Part shown: positions 35,501-43,586 of the stretch, in pieces
Layout of the letters: every line of letters begins with the position of its first letter
Position numbering within the stretch: position 1 is the first letter of the stretch
From: Reclinomonas americana ATCC 50394
Taxonomy: Eukaryota
Assembly (NCBI GenBank): GCA_048213135.1
Contig: PS015623.1
Coordinates: 1-43,586 of the forward strand
Direction of reading: 5' to 3'
Length of the DNA stretch: 43,586 bases
The notes under the pieces: generated by a model
The model's database searches: none
The model's input: only the letters and a program-made list of their open reading frames with translations
Told to the model about the DNA's origin: nothing
Position numbers and translations under genes: made by a program

Positions 35501-38203
35501 TCTCTTCCGCTTTGCCATCAACAACATGGAGTCGGAGGCCGAGGAACTGGAGGTGCTGCTCTGCATTCATCTTCAGTGATCGCATTGGTGACAATGTCGG
35601 TTTCATCGCTGACTCTCTGTTGTGCAGATACAACGTCGGTGCAAGCGTATCTTCGAGGTGCCATTCAGCTCGGAGACCAAGACGCACCTCATCATTGTGG
35701 ATCGTGTTGACGACGGACGCCTGTTGATTATCAAGGTCGGTGCTCATTAGCTGTCCAGCAGCAATCAGTGCTGCCGCTATCCTAACACTCATGTACGCAT
35801 GCATGCAGGGAGCTCCCGAGCGTGTTCTTCGACGCTGCTCTCGCGCTCGTTTCAACGGCGGAGCAGAAGTTGACTTGGACGATGCAGTGGCGGAAAATTT
35901 TGATCGTGCCTATCGCAACATGGCGAACCAGGGCCAGCGTGTTCTGGCGTTCGCCGTGTTGCAGCTGACGGGCGAGATGGCGTCGGCGGACTATCAGTTC
36001 ACTCTTGACCCGCCGAACTACCCCGAGGTGAGTGGTCACTGCTTTTCCATCTGTGGAGACTGGAGAATGAGTCTGACTGAAAACATTGGTGTGTTCCACA
36101 GGATTCCTACGTGTTCCTTGGCCTTATCGGACTGGAAGTGAGTTACCTGGTTATCAAGGCACTTGCGCACTCGATCTCTCACACGACTGCACAGGACCCA
36201 CCCAAGCCAGGCGTCGCGGCCGCAGTGGAGACTGTTGCGTTGTCAACAGACACAATGCATCAGTCATTGTCCAACCTCTGCGCTCATTTAGTTTCCCACG
36301 CGCAGTGCCGTCGTGCCGGCATCCGCGTCATGATGGTGACTGGCGACCATCCGCTCACGGCGGAGGCCATTGGTCGCCAGGTCGGCATCATTCGCGGTTT
36401 GAAGCGAGAGGACGTGGCACGCACTCGCAACGTACCGGAGGAAGAGGTCCCCGAAGATGGCTACGACGCCGTGGTCATTCACGGCGACAAGATCGACACG
36501 CTCACCGACCACACCTGGCACAGTATCCTCAGCAAGTCGGAGGTCATCTTTGCCCGGTAAGTGCGAACACGAACAAACATAATTGTTTCCAGTTTTTTCT
36601 CACACCTGCTTGTGTGCAGAACGTCGCCGGCGCACAAGCTGGAGATTGTCAAGCGTGCGCAGGAGTGGGGCCATGTGGTTGGCGTCACTGGCGATGGTGT
36701 GAACGACTCACCAGCACTGAAAAAGGCCGACCTCGGCATCTCCATGGGCATCTCGGGCAGCGATGTGTCGAAGGAGGCCGCATCCATGATCCTCATGGAC
36801 GATAACTTTGCCACGGTGACCTTTGGCATTGCGGAAGGTAACGGAACTGCTGACGCGTACACCTACATGTTTGCGTGCATGCATGCACCGACACAAGCGT
36901 ACACACGCAGGTCGCCTCATTTTCGAGAACCTGAAAAAGTCGATCAACTACACGCTGACCCACATCATCCCTGAGCTCATCGCCTTCCTCCTCTTCATCG
37001 CGTTTGCTCTTCCGCTTCCACTGTCGTCCTTGCTGGTGCTGTTCATCGATCTCGGCTCCGAATTGTGCCCAGGTCTGTATTCATAATGATTGCAGTCGAT
37101 TGTCGTGTGTTCGCTTACAGTTGACACTCGCGTGTGCAGCTCTGTCGTTTGCCTTTGAGCCGCCGGAGGGCGAACTGATGATCAAGTGCGTTTGGATACT
37201 GTACACATGTGGCTAATGTCTTGTATCATTCCTCATCCAAGTATACCACCACCACCAGGCTGCCTCGCCGTCGAGTGGTGCCGCCGCCGGCGCCAGCGAG
37301 AGTGATCGAGCCTGGACGCTCGTTTGACGTCGAAGGTGGCCATCCCTCGGGAGGCTCTCCTGCCCTGCGTGCTGCAGGTGGTGGCGTGCAGCCGGCGCCC
37401 CCACCGCTCGTGGTGTTGTCGCGCATGGCCAGCTATCAGGCGCCACCCACGTTGCCAAAAATCGATCCGGTCGACATGCGATCCAGCGACGAGCGGCTGG
37501 TGGACACCAAGCTGCTGATCAACGCGTACTTGCAGATTGGCTTGTTCGAGACGCTCGGTTGTCTGGTGGTGTACTTTGTCGTGTTCTGGATTCACGGCAT
37601 CACGTCGGTCAAGGCGCTGTTCTTCACCGCCCAAGACTACTTTGCGACCACCACGACGCTTGACTTTGTGTTTGAGGATCGCTCTTACGTTGCGCAGCCT
37701 TGCTGTTGCTCATCATGCGAACTGTATCATGCATGATCAGTCTCGATTCCACTCACCGTCGTTGATGTTAACAGTCTCCCGACGAGCAGCGCTGGATTCT
37801 GGCCTCGGCACAGTCGGCATACTACTTGACCCTCATCATGATGCAGTGGGCCAACATGTTTCTCTGCAAGGCGCGCTACGGCACCATCTCGCGTTCGGCA
37901 TTCAAGTGAGTCTTCTTCACACACTTCCCACAAGCCTGATAACAAGCGCGTTTCCTCATTTCCCTTCACTCGCACAGGAACCGCATGACGTACATCGGCA
38001 TTGTCGTGTCCATTATTGTGGGCGTCATCATCGTGTACATGCCAGGCATCCAGCTGGTGGTCAAGTCGCAAATCGTATTCCCGCCGGTGCTCATCGGTTG
38101 CCTTCCGGTCATGGCAGTCATGATTTTGTACGATCAAGTCCGCAAGTGGGTCGTCGTTCGCACGGGCATTCGCGGGTGTGCTGCCGAGTACTGGAGCTGG
38201 TGA
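32539..38203 (+). CDS. P-type ATPase alpha subunit, type IIC-like (Na+,K+/H+,K+ related), about 26 exons
   Basis: GLTSAEA...[104 protein letters not shown]. Ends AEYWSW*. Confidence 0.95.
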
Positions 38204-38433
38204 CCTGCTGTCAAGCATGCTCTCTTGTGCTCCACTCGAGAGTCTTCTTCTGTTTTCTGTATCCATGTTCTTCACCTCCCCTACATACGCGCTCGATCTG
38301 CTCGATCAACGCCATTGAAGTGCGAAGCGCCTTGCTGACATGCATCAACCACCTACACACATCACCTGGCTTCACGTAAACAATGTGTTGTGGCTCTAAA
38401 TTGCTCATGCAGTCGCGTTTGCGCCTGCTTGCG

Positions 38434-39862
38434 TCACCCGAATCCGCAGAGGCGAAAGAACAGCAGCATTCGAGCGTGCTCCTCCAGAAAGCACCGCAGC
38501 ACCAGCAGTGGAAGTGGCTCCCACTCACTCTCCTCATCGTCAATCTCTCGCAGCGCCAGTTGTGCATTGCACACATCATCCACTTCGCGTTGCGCGTCTC
38601 TCGTCATGCTCCAATAGTCAGCTGCGCACGCGCCAAGCAAGTTCGTGAGAAGGTCACGTGTGCCACCATCCGTGTTCCCTCCCCAACCCACTTACCTGCA
38701 TTCCACACACGAATGCTGCCGTCCTCTGCACAGCTCACGACGCGACCGTCGTGGAGAAAACGGGCGCCGCTAACCGGCATTTTGTGACCGACGAGTACCG
38801 CCACGCATTTCCGAGAGCGGATTCGTGTCACTCGCACTGTATTGTCTTTGCATACACCACTGTCAGCCACGTGCACTTTGTGGGTCGGACATCGTGTGTC
38901 ACTCACCAGCACCTCCACTGAGCAAGAACTCGCCGTCGGCGCTGAAGCACAGACTGCGGATGGTACGCGAGTGGATGGTGAACTGTCGCAGTTGGTGACG
39001 ACCATCGGGGCTCCACACACTGATGCGACCATTGCCATACGACACGGCCAGTGCGGTACCATCGGGTGACGATGCCAGCGAACACACTGGCAAACCGAGC
39101 TCGACTTCATGTTCGCACTCTCCCGTGTCGATGCGCCACCATCGCAGCATGTGATCTTCCGATCCGCTCACAACCCACTCGCCGCCACCACCACCGCCAC
39201 CGCCGCCGTGCTTCTGGTGGGCCACCACCATTGCCAGCGACATGACAGGCCCGGCGCTACTGAGGCGCAGCAGACACTGCCCTGTGGCCACATCCCAGAC
39301 ACGGAGCGAGCTTACACAACCACCGCTCACCAGCAGCGCACTCGTAGACACAAAGAGCAGGGAGTTCACCGCTCGCTCCTGTTGCAGTTCACCAGATTTC
39401 CACTGCAGGAAGGCCTTTCCCCACTCTGCATCCGCTGTTGATCTTCTCCACAGCTGTACGGTGGACGAGTCGCGAGTGTCGCGAGCCGCCACTGCCAACA
39501 GAGTCGGGTCGACTTCCGATAGGGCGACTGCGTTGACTGGCCACGACCAGTGGCGGAGTGTCGTCAGCAGCGACATGGTGTTGGCGTCGAGCACACAAAC
39601 GCAGCCGTCGTGTGACGCCGTCACAATCACCTGCGCGCAGACATGATCAATGAAGAGCGCGTAGCAAGTGACGCACATCTTTCTTGTTACCTGCGACAAA
39701 GTGTCTGGCCAGGTCGACAGGGCGAGGCACTGCATATTGCCGGCACTGTCGGTGATCACCGTGTGCTCCTCACTCTTGGCGGCGTCTGGCGAGTGTGACA
39801 GCAGCTCCGCTGGCGGCCATGGTAGTGGTTTTGGCGGCGGAGGCGCCGTTATCAACTCAGGC

Positions 39863-39897
<35 letters not shown>

Positions 39898-39942
39898 TTG
39901 CAGAGGTGGCGGAGGTGGATGTCGAGAGGGCTTGTTCCCCAT
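38434..39942 (-). CDS. WD40-repeat protein with N-terminal MG motif, poly-Pro/poly-Gln
   Basis: TASHDGCVCVLD, SLRVWD, SGSEDHMLRWW, GRISVWS and GHKMPVSG...SCAEDGSIRVWN repeats. CAG run at 39861-39893. Confidence 0.88.
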
Positions 39943-40303
39943 CCACGCCCGCGGGCCACGCGCAAAAAAAAGATGTTATGTTTGCTGCGTTCTTGTCCCA
40001 CAGAAATGCAAAGGCATTGTCGGCGTACATGAGAACGCGACAGGAGACTCACTGCACAGATGTCTCCTGGTCGGCTTGGGTGACGACAGCGTCGTGCGCG
40101 GGAATGCGAGACAGGCGACGTCGACACCTTCGCGATGGATATCAGACTGAATTGACGCACCACTCGCACCCACTTGCACCAACTGCCTTTCGCCTGATTA
40201 CAGTACCCAACACTGCTGCGTGGCAGGTACCGAAACATCGTGAATCAAAACACGACATGACGACCGGACGAACACAGGCCAACACACATCTTTACACTCC
40301 TCC

Positions 40304-43012
40304 ATGGAGCCACGGCGACGACCATTGGACATCGCGCCCGATCCTGATGTGGACGACGATGCCACCGCAGAGGAAGCCGCGTGCATGCGAGTGCCCAGCG
40401 TTCGCGGCTCGTGGGACTTGATTGGCGGAACTCCCCATCCTACACCCACTGAGGAAGGGGATGCGGATTCAGAAGACGAGGAGGCGCATGGGAGCTCCTC
40501 TCTGCGCGCTTCTCTCTCCGCCCCCGTGCACCGCTCCTCCCCTCCTGCGTGGTCGCCGTCCGCCTCCACCGCCACCGCAGTGGCGGCCGCCTCAGAGGCC
40601 GGCTTGGAGCTGCTGCCACCGCCACCAGTGCCCGGTGTGGTGCTGGAGGCGTACCAGGAGCAGAAGGGCCCGACGCACTACAACGTGGCGACGTCGAGTC
40701 GCGAGCGCGCAGCGGCGCAGATCAATGGCGTTCAAGAGTATGTTGTGTTGCCGCACCACACGCCAGGTGAGTGTGTGAGATTGTTCGGGCACTTTTTTCT
40801 GGCAGCGACTTGCATTGACGAGTGCGCGTGCTTGTGTAGCGTGGCCGCGCATCGACGAGTTGCTAAGCAGAACCATCACGGATGAGGCTGGCCTGCGTGT
40901 GCGTGCTGTGTGCTGCGTGTATCTTGTCCGCCGGGTTCCATTGGTCAATATCTCTCTCTTTGTGTTGTGGCAGGCGTTTTACCGTGAGCTGGATCCATCG
41001 TTGGCCTATGTGGGCGAGACGCTTGCCGAGTTTGTGAGCACGCAGATGACGGAGGAGGTTAGTGGCGTGTGTGCGTGTGTGTTCGGTGTCGTGTGTGAGC
41101 GACTGTGCGTGACCACTCTTCCTGTCGTCGGCTTCTGCCAGGAACGTGAAACCTTCTATCATGGTACACTGAAGAGCATGATGGATTACGCGCAAGGCGG
41201 TCCGCTTCTCCTCCCGGCACACTTGCCGGTGCTGAGCATTGGGCGTGGTGCGATTGGCTGTTCCGTTGCAATGCTTCTTCCGCCCCCTCGCTCACTCGAT
41301 TTGCCTGGGCGACGCAGATGTGGCCGTGACCATCTCGCAGCATCAGGCCGCCTGTCTGGTGGCACAAATGGTGTTGTGTATCGCCAAGTTCGGGGACGTG
41401 CATCTGACAACATCGACTCGATATCCGAATTCTGGCATGCCAAGCCGCACGTTTGAGCGTCTCTTTGGTGGTGCGTGATGCATGTGACACTCCGATCGGG
41501 AACAAGAGAAAGAGACCGCGAGTTTGGTTCGCTCACTGTGCTTTGTGCGTATGTGTGGCAGACGAGCTTCGCGGGTCGCGCGCTGGAAAGCTGCGTTGCC
41601 TGTTCAACTACTTTCTCCGCATCGTGGATCACGGTTGCGTTTGTTTGTTCTCTCTCTCACACACACATACGCCGACAACTCCCACTTAAGAACTCACCCT
41701 GTTGTCCGCCACTTCTCAGTGTCCACCGGCAATCTCACATTCCACCGTCACGTGCTGCGTCCGGACGACGTTGTTGACTGGACTGCGTGTGAGACGCCAA
41801 TGTTGCCAATGTGTGCCGTTTCTGATAGTATCGCGATCGAGGACTGCGAGCCTCCATGTCTGATGTGCGACTTTGCGAACCGCTACATTGGCGGTGGCGT
41901 GACTGGCGGGGTGCGTAAGAATGAGTGCTCTCACCCCACTTTTTGCGTTAAAGTAACTGTGGCGATTGCAGGGTTCCGTACAAGAGGAGATCACGTTTGT
42001 CATCAAGCCGGAGCTGCTTGTTGCGCTGTTGCTTGCGCCCACAATGCAGGAGAACGAGACGATCACAATGGTGTGCTTGATTGTCGCAGCACGCGTGTGC
42101 GTGTCTGAGAGAGTGCTGCTCACTTGCGCATATGACAGTATGGCGCCGAGCGCTACTCAAAATACCGCGGCTACGCGGCATCGTTTGAGTTTGCCGGCGA
42201 TTTTGTGGACCCGGATGTGGGGACGTGAGTTATTCTTTCCGATATGCATCATGTCTTCTTGTGCGTCTGCGGGTTCTGAGCGATCGATACACACAGCGAT
42301 GCGTGCGGTCGTCGTCGCAGCTGGGTGGTGGCCATGGACGCATCGATGAATGCCCGAGGCAGTACGGCACAGTTCCGCTACAAGAATATTCTTCGCGATC
42401 TCAACAAGGCCTACTGTGCCTTCCGCGTCGACCGATTGTTGGACACTGACGATCGGTTGACAGCCATTGCCACTGGCAACTGGGGCACCGGTGTATTTGG
42501 TGGCGACAAGGATCTCCGTTGTTTGCAGCAGTGGATGGCGGCGTCTGTCGCAGCTCGTCACGTTGCGTGTTTGTGTGTCTCATATGCATGTTTCAGTCTA
42601 TTGGCAAGCAACTGATGTGCATGTGTGCAGCTGCGGTTCTGCACGTTTGGCGATCGCAGCCTGGCACTGCGTGTCGCCGAACTCGACCACGTGCTGCGCA
42701 CCACCGAGGTCCACGTCAGCGTCAGTTGCGTGGCCATCTTGCTGTCTCGGTGCACTGCCACACGTCGGATTCTCTCTCTCTCTCTCACACACACATACGC
42801 CCGCAGTGGAGGTTATTCGGTATCTGCACGACTACAAGGACTACCTCAAGCACTTTACCAAGGAGGCGGACAGGCGGTCTGTGAAGCTGACCGAGGAGAT
42901 GATGGAGGAGCACTACGGAAAGCACTTTTGCCCGGCAGTCGAGTACGTACGTCGGCGCATTACTGGACAGGCACTGTACACTGGCAACCCCAGTCGCTGC
43001 AGCACCATGTGA
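40304..43012 (+). CDS. PARG: Poly(ADP-ribose) glycohydrolase (canonical macrodomain PARG)
   Basis: DFANRYIGGGVTGG|GSVQEEI (GGG-x-QEE catalytic loop), GAERYSKYRGY, VVAMDA, RDLNKAY, ATGNWGTGVFGGD...QWMAAS. Confidence 0.95.
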
Positions 43013-43457
43013 CGCTGTCGAAGCAGTAAACAGCAGCACAGTTGCACGCACCCACGACAACACCAGACGACGTTGGCTGGAGTTGCTGAAGTCTTGTGGG
43101 CCCATGCTGCTGCTGCTGGTTGTGGGCGGTCGCCTCGGTCAGTGCGACGCGCATGGCGCTGCTGCTTCATTTCGTGTGTATGTATACGTGTTTGTGTGTG
43201 TGTGTGGCTGGTAAACTTGGTGTGTATCAAACCGAATTCGATATTGTTTGGTAATGTCGTGTGCCGAAGATGGAAACCTCTCATTCGATCATCACACTTT
43301 ATTCCTTTCTTCCTCACTCACTCACTCACTCCCTCTCTCCCTCTCGTCTTTCCATCCTCTTCTTCTTTGTCTCCGACCCCCAAGAATGGGGAAAACAATT
43401 TGAGGGCCCGGTTGACCGTTGAAGCGGACGGACAAAGAGGAGAAATTCGCACTTTTT

Positions 43458-43459
<2 letters not shown>

Positions 43460-43493
<34 letters not shown>

Positions 43494-43505
43494 CACACAC
43501 ACACG
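43460..43505. repeat. (GA)n followed by (CA)n microsatellite
   Basis: gagagagagag...aacgacacacacacac. Similar GA/CA tracts occur throughout introns and at gap edges. Confidence 0.9.
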
Positions 43506-43586
43506 CGACGTCGCGACCCACCCACTACCGTACGTACCGAACGGACGGGTACGGTACCTCTCGCGGCCGACGCGTCGCGACGAGAC

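Noticed and set aside
42960-43430. Minus-strand small ORF overlapping the PARG 3' end
   Set aside because: Low complexity, no recognisable homology, and compatible with 3' UTR or intergenic sequence.
1-43586. Hundreds of overlapping or antisense ORFs in the six-frame track
   Set aside because: These are GC-rich shadows of real exons. Many start at GTG/TTG or read through stop-free introns whose length is a multiple of 3 (e.g. 6073-6144, 10450-10515).
1-43586. Stop-codon reassignment or non-standard genetic code
   Set aside because: In the conserved genes I parsed, in-frame stops fall within GT-AG introns. TAA, TAG and TGA all end genes normally.
1-43586. Functional gene cluster or prokaryote-type defence system
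   Set aside because: The genes are functionally unrelated eukaryotic housekeeping and signalling genes. No tRNA, rRNA, transposase or operon signal was seen.

Overview
Eukaryotic, gene-dense, intron-rich genomic scaffold from a GC-rich protist. The P2X receptor and uridine-kinase-like protein resemble amoebozoan homologues, but the species cannot be determined from this window. Introns are mostly about 50-110 nt and rich in CA/GA microsatellites, and there are four N-gaps. Splicing by hand gives about 16 genes: RIC1 (5' truncated), a PH/coiled-coil protein, a ubiquitin-like-domain protein, a P2X receptor, a long low-complexity protein, a GT17/MGAT3-like glycosyltransferase, a candidate Cip/Kip-like CDK inhibitor, a small hypothetical protein, an acylated ankyrin protein, a UdkC/TTM-like uridine-kinase-fold protein with a candidate PTS2, NOP14, a 70-aa Cys/RG micro-ORF, a large ATP-grasp-like protein, a P2C-like P-type ATPase with PQGL, a WD40 protein and PARG. 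The most striking signal is in the splicing. A large minority of introns start with a one-nucleotide-shifted donor, GTTGCG(T), which lacks G+5 and occurs mostly when exon position -1 is not G. These sit alongside ordinary G|GTGCGT and G|GTGAGT donors. All gene models were parsed by eye with no transcript evidence.
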